Assembly: GCA_951406725.2 (NCBI GenBank)
Contig: OX597822.1
Coordinates: 59,768,001-59,832,000 of the forward strand
Reading direction: 5' to 3'
DNA from: Octopus vulgaris
Lineage: Eukaryota
DNA: 64,000 nucleotides
In this document: piece after piece, positions 27,271-40,979 of the stretch
Layout: each line of letters opens with the position of its first letter
Numbering within the stretch: position 1 is the stretch's first letter
The notes under the pieces: generated by a model
What the model was told of the DNA's origin: nothing
The model's database searches: none
Seen by the model: the letters and a program-made list of their open reading frames with translations, nothing else
Made by a program: the position numbers and the translations under genes

Positions 27271-27976
27271 TAAGGTCAGGATGACTCACTTCGGCTGCTC
27301 TAAATCAACACCGTGCATTCTGAAAATCCAGTGGGTGTGTACCAAACAGAGGATGCTGTCAGAATAGGTATGCTGGCCTTTATACCTCACTTCCAATTGT
27401 TCAAAGATACAGCCTTATTGCGTCCCTTCAAATCTCATTCTAGTCAACCATTTTTATTAATGAGTGGAATGAGCACTTCATAATGCCTAAAGAAGTATGT
27501 ATCCTTTCCCCGGTTAAGGGGTACGGCCACTGTTCTGTTGTTGTTCACATCGGAAGATAATCCGTTCCATGAAATTCAAGTCTTTGGAAGAAACTCTGCC
27601 ATCCAACCACTCAATCTTTATATTCTTCAGTAAAGAGGGGCGTTTTTTTTCTTTTACCATATATAGAAAAAGAAGTTCATATACATAGTTTTGTACGTCT
27701 GTAAAGTCGATTGTTTCGTTGTTGTATTACTATCGATTCTTTTATACAGAGTAACACCTACTATCATCTAGCACAGACCTTCCCTTTTTCCCAGTACAGA
27801 TTTGTGCTTCTCCTTGTGAAAACTTACTCTTACGTTTGCTCTATTTTTAGCCAATCGGCTAGTAATGTTGAATATATTGAATATTTTGTATCTTGTTTTA
27901 ATTTTGATTAATTACATTCCGATCTGTAAATTTGAAAATTGAAATTGAAAACTTATTTATGATAACTGCTCAATGA

Positions 27977-28030
<54 letters not shown>

Positions 28031-28133
28031 TTATATATACCTATATATGTGTGTGTGTGTGTTTGTGAGTATATGTTTGTGTGCATGTGTATGTGTCACT
28101 GTATGTGTGTGTATGTATGACTCTGTGTGGTGT

Positions 28134-28167
<34 letters not shown>

Positions 28168-28934
28168 AGTCATAGGAATGGATCAGCAGCAGATATTCAT
28201 TCGGTTCGGATTATCAATCTAAGCATCTTCCATAGATGAGATATAAACAGTATTAAATCTAATTTGCGTCGAAACAACGTGAAGCTGTTATTTGACAGCA
28301 TAAACAATTTCATCAATGTTCATGTGAAATAGAATGTGAGAACCATGCATTGTTGTTGAATTATTAAGCTATTAGTATACAACTTGTGGTTTGACTTAAT
28401 TGTGGTTTATTTTGAGAGCTATTTATGAACTAGATTATCTAAAAGTACCTGCCAGAATGTAAATGTAACCATGTTATTGTATATACTATGCTTGTACTAT
28501 TACGAAACTGTGGGATTTTTCTACGGGAAGAGACGTAAAACTGAATGAACGGCAGAAATGTTTTGCTAATTGAATATTCGTAAAGGAACGCCAGCATTCT
28601 CTGTATTTTAATAAGACACTATATAATGTCTTTCCTTCGTGTTCAAAGGAATGCGAACGATGAACAAAGAAACTGCTGTTCGAATTTTAAGCGTGAGCTA
28701 TTCAGAATTTTAATTACATGGTCGTTTGAGATTCATTTTCAGAAACAAAATCAGAATCATTTCCTACTGTAGAGTGAAATGGTAACTAACATTGCTTTGG
28801 GCAAAAATCGAGAAAGCAATTTGATTAGGATGGTAATAATTAAATAATCTTTGTTCGAATTCTCGTAAAAAAATATTATTCTCCTACTTTTCATCATCAT
28901 CATCTAGTACTTGTTGTTGTTTTTGTTGTTGTTA

Positions 28935-29477
28935 TTGAGTGAGAGAGTAGTGCCATCAAAGTGACACTGTGGTAAAATGTACGAAGCCCAATATACCCAT
29001 CATGACAACCCTTTTGATAAAGGTACAACAGGCACTTGCATCACACCATATGTGCGCGACATGATGATCTCTTCAAGATAAACAGCGCATGACCTTGCAG
29101 GTTGGGCCCAGTTAGAATTTTCTTAAGGTCGAGTATCCCATCCTGCTCAAATGATCCTTGAATAAGGGTTGTTTAAGGATGTTAAACGAAACACCTATGT
29201 TTCCAGAGGTGAATTATTCAAATTCTGAAGAATTCCACTCAAAACATGGCTATGATGACCCTCCACTACATCTGCTCGTGATCAGAGATACACATATCGT
29301 CTACCATCAAGGGACAAGCTCGACTGGTTAAAGTCAAACAACTGACAAGCGAATCTATAGTACTGAATAGAACATTTGCCGTAGCCCATCTTTTATACCT
29401 AGATAAAACAATGTACATAATAACACTTCCAATCAGTTAAGATAAGAAGCCATGAGACCTAGTGCCTGGTACTACAT
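28935..29477 (-). mobile_element. ~540-bp non-coding retroposon embedded in (TAA)n (copy 1)
   Basis: Homologous to 62198-62736 and to 23349-23582 (opposite strand). Flanked by TTA/TTG-type repeats. No ORF and no tRNA head seen. Confidence 0.75.
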
Positions 29478-29489
29478 TATTATTGTTAT

Positions 29490-32050
29490 TATTCTATGTT
29501 TGACTTTTGCTTTATATTTGTACAAGTTGGCTCCAAGTCTCACCCAGAGACCTCAAGAGACAACAGGGTTGGAAGTTCATGTTGTTGTTATGCCTAGTGT
29601 GCCATATATTTGGGGGGTGGGGATGTTGTACTAATGAATGTCTAAAAAAAAAAGTTTTTTTTTTTTTTTTTTTTTTTTTAAACCGAAAATTATGTTTCTT
29701 TTAAACCTTGAGATTACATAGAGAGTATTTTGCGTAGGATATGAGCAGTTCCCATGAGCACTATCTTTTGAACTTCTGCCATTTTTGGGTTTCCTGGTAT
29801 CTGAGTTAGGTAGCTATCAGCCCCTTTTGCTATCATTCCCAGGGCACCTATGACAACAGGTATTGTTTTAGTCTTCAGCTTCCACATTTTGCTGATTTCT
29901 ATTTCAAGATCTTTATATTTGCTCAGTTTTTGGTAGGTCTTGACAGATACGTTTATATCGATTGGGACAGTCATATCAATGAGGAGGCATGTTCTTTGTT
30001 TGAAGTCTTTCAATATGATGTCTGGCCTATTTGCATCTATCTTCCTGTCAGTTTGAATGGTGAAGTTCCAGAGGAGTGAGATGTGGTCATTTTCAAGCAC
30101 TGGGGGTGGTTTGTGTTCCCACCAGTTTTTTTCATGGGGCAAATCCAGGTTTTTACAGATTACCCAGTGAATATATTGTGCAGCTCTATCGTGCCTGTTG
30201 AGATACTCTGTAGGCGCTAGAAGACTGCACTTGGAGACCACATGGTCGATGGTTTCATTTTGTTGCTTGCATACACGACACGTTGGACTGCTTCTGATCT
30301 TTAATATGTTGGCCTGGTAGTTTCTTGTTGGTAGGCATTGATCTTGAGCTGCTATGATAAACCCCTCTGTTTCAGATTTTAAGCCAGAGGCCATTAGCCA
30401 TTGATGGGTCAGGGCTTTGTCGATATCTGCATTATTCGCTCTCTTTGGGTATTTGCCATAGAGAGGTTTTTCTTGCCATTTATTATTCAGAATATCTAAG
30501 GCCGCAGTTTTGGCACGGGTTTTCATGCGCCTAGCTTTTTCTGTGCTTGTTTCTTGTATATCTATCTCTAATTCCGAAATTGGTTGTATTCGGAATTCAC
30601 TTAGATATTCCTTTGCCTGTTTTGTGACTGAGTATGATGCTTTCTTGTTTTCATGTTTTGAGACAAGTTTTAACATCCAGTCCTCAGAGTTTTTCAGGTA
30701 GGTGTCTAGGCCAATTGTAGCAATCTTCATTGTTATTGCCAGTTGCAAAAGACCACGGCCTCCCTCTTTTCTTGGCAGATAGAGTCGTTCTGTATCTGAC
30801 TTAGGGTGGTGCATTCTATGCATTGTCAACAGTTTCCTTATTTTTCTGTCGAGCTGACATATTTCAGTAATTGACCAGTTAACAATATTGAAACTGTAAG
30901 TCACGACTGGTATAGCTAATGCATTGATTGCTTCGATCCTGTTTCTTGCATTCAGCTCTGTCTTGAGTATTGTTCTCACTCTTCGATAGCATTCTCTCCT
31001 GATCCTTTCCTTCATCTCTGAATGCCTTATTCCGTTCCCTTCAATTACCCCTAGGTACTTGTAGCTCTCCGCTGGGTCTAGTTCTTTTATGACATTCTGT
31101 TGGTCAAGGTTAACGTTAGATGTTTCTGTCATTTTTCCTTTGATAAAGGTAGCCTTTGCACATTTATCGAGGCCGAATTGCATTCTGATGTCGTCACTGA
31201 ATTGTTTGACTATCGCTAGTAAGCCCTTGAGTTGTTGATCATTTTTTGCAAAAAGCTTTAAATCATCCATGTAAACGAGATGATTTTATACCCGTACTGC
31301 GCGTCATTGAGCAGCTTTGAGAGAGGTATTAAGGATAAACAAAAGAGGAGTGGTGACAGTGAGTCACCCTGGAAAATGCCACACGAAATTTTTACATCAC
31401 CAGCATTTAGGGATTCACTGTCACTGTTCAGAATTAGTGTGGTTCTCCATGATCTCATACTTACAGTCAAGAAGTTTCGCAGAGTTGGTGCTATCTTATA
31501 CATTTCAAGGCATTTCCTAATCCAGCTATGTGGTAGGCTATCAAAAGCCTTTTTATAGTCTATCCAGGCTATTAATAAGTTTTTGTGTCGTTTGTGACAA
31601 TCTTCTAAGATCATCTTATTGATGAGTAGTTGGTCTTTACAGCCGTAGGATCCACGTTTACATCCTTTCTGTTCATTAGGGAATATGCTGCTGTCTGTTA
31701 AAAAACTATAGGTATATTCCGTCAGGACAGATGTTAGTGTTTTGTACATAGTTGTTAAGCAGGTTATGGGTCTATAGTTTTTTGGTTCATTTGTTTCTTC
31801 ACTTTTTGGAAGCAGGAATGTTAACCCATTAACTAGCCAATGAGGCATCCTACTAGGGTGTTGCAAAACATCATTGTACAGTTCTGTTAGCAGTTCATGG
31901 CTCTCTGGGAAGGCATTCAGCCAGAAGTTAGGAATTTTATCCTTTCCTGGAGACTTCCATTTGCTTGACCGCCTGAGAGCAGATCTTATATCTTCTACCT
32001 TGACACCCTCCCACTTTTGCTCTTCTAAGGGGTCCAGTTCTGTAGATATT
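29490..32050 (-). mobile_element. R4/Dong-clade non-LTR retrotransposon (RT + CCHC + RLE endonuclease), 5'-truncated, one frameshift
   Basis: ORFs 31258-31866 (open back to ~32047) and 29714-31270 carry NYRPITCL, IDYKKAFDS, QGDSLSP, YMDD, CRVC..ETIDHVVSKC, RHD and RPDII..LLIDM..KLSKY. A small deletion frameshifts it just before YMDD. The 3' end runs into (TAA)n. Confidence 0.93.
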
Positions 32051-32062
32051 CTTCTTCTTCTT

Positions 32063-32173
<111 letters not shown>

Positions 32174-32174
32174 T

Positions 32175-33945
32175 ATCATTCAGTAGTCTTATTTTTATCA
32201 AATGCTTTCACTGCACTACCGAGTGCAGCTCTGTGTGACTTGGGTATGTGCTGTGGTTTGTTGTGGTGCTTTTATTGTCCCTATATTGAAAGTATTTTAT
32301 GTAGGATGTGCGTGGTCCTAGTAGTGCTATTTTCTGTATGTTATATATACTTGTAAGTCCTGGAGTTTTTGTTATGTATTTGTTTGAATACTTTTTATCA
32401 TACCCAATGCGTCTACTTTCATAGGAATTGTTTCCACATTCGACTTAGCCCTATTTCCAGATCTTTGTATTTCGAAAGTTTCTCCATTTCTTTCAGAGAA
32501 ACATTGTCATCTGTTGGTATTGCTACGTCAATTAGAAAGCAATTTCTTCTTGGTGATTTTTGACAACTATATCCGGCCTATTGGCCTTAATTTCTTTATC
32601 TGTGTGTATTAGCATATCTCAGAGTATGATTGCTTTTTCGTTTTCTGTGACCTGTTCTGGCGTGTGCCTATAACATCTTTTTTCTGTTATTGCATAGTTT
32701 TGGCATAGCTTCCAGTGTAAATAATTCCCAACTCTGTCGTGTCTGTGAATATATTCCTTCATAGCCAGGACTGGGCAGCCAGAGACAATATGATTTACTG
32801 CTTCTTCTCCATCATCATATATTCTGCAATTACTTGTATTTCTTTTCATTGTGTGTTTTTGGTGAATTCTACTGGGAAGGTTTTGACTTTGTGCTGCAAT
32901 TAAAATCCTTCAGTCACTGCTTTGAGTCTTGAACTTCTCATCCATTGATGGGATTTTATTTTGTCTACTTCTTTTCTATTTAGCTTAACCTAATACTTTC
33001 TTGCCATCGTTTTATCATGATCCGTTGCCGTTCCAGATTTTGGATTTCAGTTGTTTTATACTTTTTGTTGTTTCTTCTTTTTTTTCATAGTTGTTAGGTA
33101 CTATGACTTCTTTTTTGTATTTGTCAGCTTCCTTACTGACTGAAAACAGGCTTGTGTTTTGTTTGTGTTTTGTGGCTATTTGTATTTCTGTAGTCCTATG
33201 ATGCTTATTTTGTAATAGTTTTCTAGCTGTATAAGATCTCTGCCATCATCGATAACCTATCTATGTCAGACTTAGGGTGGTGCATCCTAAATCCTGTCTG
33301 TTTTCCTGTCTATTTTGATAAGTTCATTTAGAGTCAAGTTCAGAATATTGTCGCTGTAACTTATAACTGGGACGGCTATGGATGTTGATATCTATTATCT
33401 TGTTTTTCGCATTGAACTCTGTTTTCAGTATTAATCTCACTCGTCTATAGTATTCCTTTTTTTTATCTTCTCTTTCATTTGTGTTTGTTGTATTGTATCT
33501 AGTTCATTGATTCCTAAATACTTGTATGTCTGGCTTTGGACAAATACTCTTATTTTATTTGCTTTATCTAGTGTGATGTTACTACTCTTAACTAATCTTT
33601 CTCTTTTCAAGGTCGCTTTGGCACATTTTTCTAAGCCAAATTTCATATTTTATTTCTTTGATAAATCCATGTACTCTCTGTTGTAAGGTTTCCAGCTGTT
33701 TATCATTTTAGCGTACAGTTTTAGATCATCCATATACAAGAGATGGCTGATTATTTTACCGTAACAGTTGAATGTGCATCCAGCTCTGTTTAGCATGTCA
33801 GGTAAAAGTGTCAGTGTTAAGAAGAAAAGAAGTGGAGAGAGCGTGTCTCCCTGGAATATTCCTCTTCTAATGGGAATAACTTTAGTTTTTATGAGTCCCT
33901 CTTTTGTCTGTACCTGTAGTACTGTCTGCCATTCATCCATGGAAT
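32175..33945 (-). mobile_element. Second, decayed R4/Dong-type LINE (different subfamily)
   Basis: Fragments QGDTLSPLLF, HLLYMDDLKL, MKFGLEKCA and CRI..EAVNHIVSGC..HRHDRV with many stops. The 3' end abuts the long (TAA)n tract at ~32091-32173. Confidence 0.85.
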
Positions 33946-34121
33946 ATTATATATATATATAATTTATAGAAAAACAAAAGACGAAGATAGGTGTATGAAC
34001 AACAAGCAAGTGTATTACTTTGACGCTCGGGAAAATGAAAAGGTCTTTCACGGTTCGAGCCTATGCTCTTCAACAGAAAGGAATAAGAGAAAATACAGCA
34101 CGGTGAATGATATTAGAAAAA

Positions 34122-34164
<43 letters not shown>

Positions 34165-34170
34165 TCAACA

Positions 34171-34247
<77 letters not shown>

Positions 34248-36199
34248 GAGTGAGAAACCATTTCTCCAGGCCTTGTACCTACAGTAGAAAGAATCATTAA
34301 CATTAGTTTATTGTCCTTCTAAGTTTTTTTCTTCTTGTTCTTTTCTCTCTTTCTTCCACTTCGCCGCCTTTGTCTTTTCTTTTTTTCATTTTTACACATC
34401 GTATTTTTGATGTTGTATCAAAGTGTTTATACTTACGGCAACTCGGTTGACAATCCCTTGGGGTTTCATTGACCGAATGGAGACATTTAACATCATTGTT
34501 CCACCATTGCCTTTCGTATAAGCATGATCGAAATATTACTCTTCCACCTTTCTTTAAAAGCATAAGACATAGACCAAACGTCGACAAGAATCACGGCACA
34601 AGCGATGGAATTATTAATGTTAGCTTTTTGGTCGATAAATAACCACCTATAGATCTCGCCAGCTGGGACTCTGTTGATATCTATAAGGTATAGAATATGT
34701 GTTATCGTGACGTTAACGGCTTTAACTGAAGCTAAAATGGCTTCAATGAGTTCTAAGCCTCAGTTTGACAGATGCTTGCTAGTTATGGTACTTTCCCTAT
34801 GTTATTTAATATTGTCAATGATAAGAAATATTCTAAGAGCATGGGATAATCTACTAACATAGGTTCCCTGCAGTTTTAATTCTTAGTTATATGTTATTTC
34901 ACCTCAATTGCGCTATTTTTATGTATGTTCTTGAAATATGCATAAAATACCAAACATCTCATTTCTCTTACTGTAAAGAGATACGGTTCAGTTATCAACG
35001 AGCCGATACGTGTTGCTTAGAACTGGTAAATAATAGAAACAGAATCACAATTAGTTATGTTTACTGTGTGCTATGGTTTCAGTTCCTTTGCATATAATCT
35101 TTAAGATTCTCTTAAGTCTATTTGGTAGGCTCTTCCTCCCACATAAGTATTCAATTTTAATTAATAGTTTCTAATAACTAATTCATCAAATATCTATATT
35201 GGTGATGCCAGTTAAATAAGAGTAAGTTAAGAGGTGAAGTACTAAATGTTAAAAGCAAAAACTTCTTAATTGTTTGAAAAAGTTGGAGAAAAAAAAAACC
35301 TAGAGGTGAAATTCCAAAGACAAAAGACTAAATAATTTCGAGAAATTACGAATTCATTTCACAAAATTAATTCAATTTCTGCAGGTGTGGCTACGCAGGC
35401 GTCATGTGTATAAATTTCCGTGTTCTCTAGGAGTTGGCTATATCGCAGCTGTTATATTAGATGCTAAAGCATTCACTGTATAATTTTATTTCAACTAATT
35501 GAATTTTGAAATATTTTAATGATTAAATATATTCGCTAAATATGTTTGTTTTGATTATAAGACAGAGCCATTATATTTTGTATGGCGGTAAGTAATATAA
35601 TTGCGTTTACTCACAACTGTGAGGTTCAATGTATGTCTGAAGTACCAATATTTATCCATTAATTCCTCTCAATATCTGAATGGCCAAACTACTTAAGGAA
35701 GGTAAATGAAGACTACACAAGCGTTCTATTTGAAAGAAAGTTTGCAAGGCGGTTCATCTGTGAAAGTTATTCCCGAATTGCTTTAGTCCAGTGGTCCCTA
35801 GGTTCTATATTTGGTTTTCTAAACCAAAGATCATTAAATAAAATTAATTGACCATGCTGCAATCCATAGCTTTATAGCTTAAGTCATTTCAAAAGGTATA
35901 AATAAACTTTACTTCAGCCCTAGTGACGTTTTCCTCGCAACTCTACAAGGAATCGTAGATTAATGACAATATAAAGTGTGGGAAGATTAGAGTATATGGA
36001 ACAGTAGATTAATGTCAGTATAAGAGAAGTCATCAACCGCAGCTCCACTCTTGCTCACCACTTTCCCTTCTACCCCCATCTCTTGCTACTTGTTACGTTC
36101 TTACACTCTTATGAAGCTATCTGCCCTTTCCTTCCGCACCCCTTACTCACTGACCGTATCCTCTCTTCTGCTCAGCTTCTTATATCAAGAGCTTCTTCT

Positions 36200-36462
36200 G
36201 GAACTCTTTTACTGTCTTGCAACTTACTTGTTAACCTCATCAGTGACAGTGGTACAAAAAAAGCACCCAGTCGGTAATATGAAGTTAATGGCATTAGGAA
36301 GGGCATCCAGCCATAGAAAATATGCCAAAGCTGATACAGGAGCTCGGCGTAGCCCATCAGCTTGCAGGATCCTATCAAACCATTCAACCCATGGCAACAT
36401 GGAAAATAGATGTTAGATATGATGGTGATGACGACGACGACGACGACAACGATGATGATGAT
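36200..36462 (+). mobile_element. RTE-associated 3' tail
   Basis: ggcattaggaagggcatccagcc...caacccatggcaacatggaaaa followed by a (GAT/GAC)n tail. Confidence 0.5.
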
Positions 36463-36589
36463 TGTATAGGAAATACACGAGAGATCTAATAACTAAACTC
36501 TCTTGCGTTCATGAAATTGAGGAATGGATGAGAAGTTAATCTGTTAGGCCGGCTGCTACACCTTCATACTTTTAACATAGTAATATTTT

Positions 36590-36968
36590 CTACTATAAAC
36601 ACAAGGCCTGAAAATTTGGGGGACGGGGATAGCTGATTAGATCGACTCCATTACGTAACTGATACTTAATTTATCAACCTCGAAAGGATAAAAAGGAAAG
36701 TCGACCTCGGCGGAATTTGAACTAAGAATGTAGCAATGGAGAAATACCTATTTCTTTACTAGCCACAAGGGGCTAAACACAGGACAAACAAGGATAGACA
36801 AACGGATTAAGTCGATTATATCGACCCTAGTGCGTAACTGGTACTTATTTAATCGACCCCGAAAGGATGAAAGGCAAAGTCGACCTCGGCGGAATTTGAA
36901 CTGCAAACGTAGCGGCAGACGAAGTACCGCAAAGCATTTCGCTTGGCGTGCTAACGATTCTGCAAGCC
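36590..36968 (-). mobile_element. Two tandem or nested SINE family B copies
   Basis: Two aagtcgacctcggcggaatttgaac cores at ~36700 and ~36880. Confidence 0.8.
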
Positions 36969-38404
36969 TTATACTTTTAACATAATAATGAGAAGTAAAA
37001 TAAAATTTTTAAATTTACAAAGATTAAACTTCAGTGGAAATCCAAATTAACATAAGAAAATTAAAAGATTGAAACTAATTTTTTTTTTAAATTGGAAACT
37101 TACAAAAATAATTATCTAATTCGTCATTCTTTTCGAAGAATGCTAGTTGCTGTTTGACACCATATAAAGGCGGTTTATCTGGGTTGCTTAAAACCATGTT
37201 AATATAATTAGATTCAAATTTACTCGAAGCTGTTAGTTGCTTTGTCGATTTGGAGGTGATATTGAATTGGGCAGGTTGAAGTTAATACAAAAGTAGACAA
37301 TATTGATGCATTTAAGACTGTAACTTCGCCTGTTGCGAGGTCTCACATTTCATACATTATTTATTCAGTCGTCTGTTTTTGATTAAATTTTTTTCGACTT
37401 GGAGAGTATAAAATTTTTACATATCCATGAAGAGAACACAGTTTTAGTGCGCTGAAATATTATCTTGAAACAGGATAAAAATGTGACAACGTTTTACAAT
37501 TTAAACCTGCAAATTGTTGTTGATGTCCCATTGTAATTACCAGCACAGTGCTTATTCTCTTTTAAACAAACCCTCTGCACGTCAACGCTTCGTGTTATTT
37601 AAATTTTAACATACATTCTCAATCCCTTTTAGGTAGAACAATACATAATTTTTCAAACTTACACGTGCTTATGATAAGCATGTAGTCTTCTAAATACCGT
37701 GTGAACTCACGGGGTAATTTATAACTTATCCTAAATATATCCATTTATTGTAATTTCATATTGCTATTTAATTGGTATGCATATACGCTTTATTTGTTTT
37801 AATTCTATCCCCTTTTTGATACATTCGTGCATGCATACACACTCGCATATATGTGTATATATGTAAGTATACGTATGTATGTGTGTATGCATGTATGTAA
37901 GTACGTATGTATGTATGTATGTGTTTGTATGTATGTATGAATGATACAGACAGGCTAAAAACACTGCTATCTTGTCTGATTATATTTATATTTATTATTT
38001 GTATGAACATACAAATATATGTTAATAAAACTTATCTAGAGAACAGAATGCTTTAGTGAGTTTAAACCACTACAGATTCATAAAAGATTGGTCCAGGATT
38101 TCCTGGGGTCTTTTTGAAGTTAATGGGATCCTTTTGATCATTGTTTTATTTGAGAATAATGTTGAATAGAACAGAATAATTGAAGGCAATAAAAAGTGTT
38201 GCACTGTGTTTATCTAGTATGTGTTCGACTATTCTAGAGAGTAATTGGTACGACGTTGATTCTGAGTAATTTCCATTGTTTGGAAAATATATCTTCAGCA
38301 ATATTTTCGAAACAGCAGAAATAGTACAGATGATATAGAGCTCAACGAGCGTTGAAGTGAATGATATCTGAATGTGTTCATGCGATCCCAGTAATCAAGA
38401 CTCG

Positions 38405-39354
38405 GGATCTTTTCTTTTTGAAGGCCAGATTTTCCTAGTTAACTAAAAAATTTGAAACTTCGTATACTGGTAGAATTTGTCAAAAGAAAACATTATTGTA
38501 AACAAAATTGAAAACAAAATTGTAATTTGTAACTTAAACGTAGTTTAATTTTTACGAATATTAACCAATGAAATCCCAACATTGCTGCGTTATCGATATT
38601 GATAAAGAAATATAGCAGACGCACGACACACACGACACACACACACACACATTTACACAAGCACATAGTAATTAATATATAAGCGTACACACACATACAA
38701 ACGGACATATACATACACACACATACGCACACAAGCAAAAATACACGTTGTGTTTTGCCACTTGCCGCAACAAATTTGCACAGAAGGGGGGGTCAATATT
38801 TCATCGTTTCGGGGTCGATAAATTAAGTACCAATTACGCACTGGTGTCGAGGATTTTTTTCCAAATTTATATCACAGCTTCCGACAAGCTGGGGGCATCC
38901 TTTTATGAAAAAATATTTCGCAAATGTTTACAATACTACTCACACTCCACGCGCAAACTCGAGACCGATTTAGGCATATTATTGTTTTGTTTTTGTTGCT
39001 TCTGGCCGTTCAAAACCATGGGAGAAGCCTTTTCGGTAAAAAAAAAAAAGAAAGAAAATATTCAAAAAATATCGTTAATATTTTTATTGGGCGACGAAAT
39101 TAATCGATTTAAGAGATATAGCTGTTATTTCTAGCACATGTAGAAGACAGAAGAAGAGGTAAATAATTTGAGCTCGAATGCTGCGATTTCATTGGTTAAA
39201 ATTCTTAAAATTAAACTATGTTTAAGTTACGAATTACAATTTTGTTTTCAATTTTGTTTACAATAATGTTTTCTTTTGACACATTCTACCAGTATACGAA
39301 GTTTCAAATTGTTTAGTTAACTAGGAAAATCTGGCCTTCAAAAAGGAAAGATCC
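38405..39354. mobile_element. Non-autonomous TIR element (Merlin-like) with ~180-bp TIRs and 8-bp TSD
   Basis: TIRs 38405-~38585 and ~39175-39354 start GGATCT and end AGATCC. Identical AAGACTCG at 38397-38404 and 39355-39362. Confidence 0.8.
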
Positions 39355-39876
39355 AAGACTCGTAATAAGTTAATACATTTTTTTAAATATTTGTCCTTTA
39401 ATATTCTCCAATTCTAGTAATATTTGCTACGAGATGGCCACAAAAATCAAAAGCTATGTGGGATTAAGAAAAGGAATAGAATATAAGGATGATTTGGACC
39501 TCTGAACTGAAACGTTCTGAGCTTTCTGTGAAACATATCCCCAATACTGTTTATATGGGTTGTCCATCTAACGTTGTATCTGACGATGAGAGGTTCTCCT
39601 GATTGAAAAAAATGTGACCATTTAAGAGAATGAGCTTCAAATTCTCGTCATTCAGATACATATTGTTTTGTTTCATTAGTTGAATTACAGGATGCAGATC
39701 AGAGGAGTGTTTTATCTGGTTGATAACTTTCTGAAGCTTAAAGTCGTCTGTAAAATATTGTTGTATTTAGGAATGGTCATTTTGCCAGTTTAACCAATAA
39801 AAACACACACACTATATATTTGGAGTTACTTTGTTTCAGAGTTATTTATTTTTTACATTAATCTTAATCTTATTTC

Positions 39877-39921
39877 GGCCAGAGTTCTTTCGTCACACTC
39901 CTATGACCGCATCAGTGGTCC
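39877..39921 (-). ncRNA. Type-I hammerhead ribozyme-like motif (one core mismatch)
   Basis: CCA-CTGATGC-G-GTCATA-GGAG-TGTGAC-GAAAG-AA-CTC-TGG: 6-bp stem II (one G-U pair), short stems I and III. Confidence 0.5.
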
Positions 39922-40979
39922 TTTGCTTTCTTCTTTCTTATTTGTGTGTCTTTCCTTACTAACCGTCAGCCATTTTGTATTTCTATTGTATGTGTCTTCA
40001 TTTGCGCATGCGTATAACTCTATGTGCGTCTATGTTTAGTTAGTGTGTGTGTGGGGGAAATGCCTGTAATATTTGTATCTCCTGTTTATATACGTGTAAT
40101 TTGTTTTTGTCTTTGTTGATAAGAAAGAAGAAATGAGTGTGCTTAGAATGTTATTATCTAAGATTACAGTGTTCTGTATCGTAGTCTGAGAGAAGAGTTT
40201 TCTTCAACTGAAATATTGATATATTGTCGGGATAATTGAGGAAAACTAGATCCAAAATACTTTGGTTGTGTCTCGTTAATTCAAACAGTAATTTTGACAG
40301 AGAAAATAACCATCCTTATAGTTGAACAGTATCTCTGTCACTGAAAGGAACGTTGTGAAGTCCCAATGCCTTTCCCAAATAGCATTTTTGTATAAAGAAC
40401 TTGATTCTATTAAGAAACTCTTAGCAGCACTAAGAGATGCTTGAGATGGCCTGTAGAGTCCTAATTTTGATAATTATAACAAAACGGTCTTTTCTATGGA
40501 CATAATTCCTGAAATTTTGAGGGAACGTGTTACTCGATTACATCTAGTTCACTGCTCAGCTGGTGCTTATTTCATCTTCCCCGAAGGAATAATAGGCCAA
40601 AGTCGATCTCGACGGAACTTGGTCTCAGAACGTAAAACTGGGAGAAATGCTGCTAAGCATTTTGTCCGACATGTTAAAGATTCTGCTAGCCCGCCGTCAT
40701 ATTATTATAAGGAAATAATAAATCCAGTAAGTATGTGGATGAAGCATGTGCCGGCGTGGTAATTAACAACCAGATAAAACACGATCAAAAGCAAAAATAA
40801 AATTGTAAGAGTACATGCATGTAATAACGCTGAGGTGGGAATGAAAGGAAGAAAATGGGTGTTTAGAACGGTTTTCGCTCATCAAGAAGGAGATTAAAAA
40901 GAAAAGTGGAACGAAAAAACATGGTACTGAATTAGAGATATAACATGCTTAAATTGCAGCCATTTTCGCATAAACCGTC

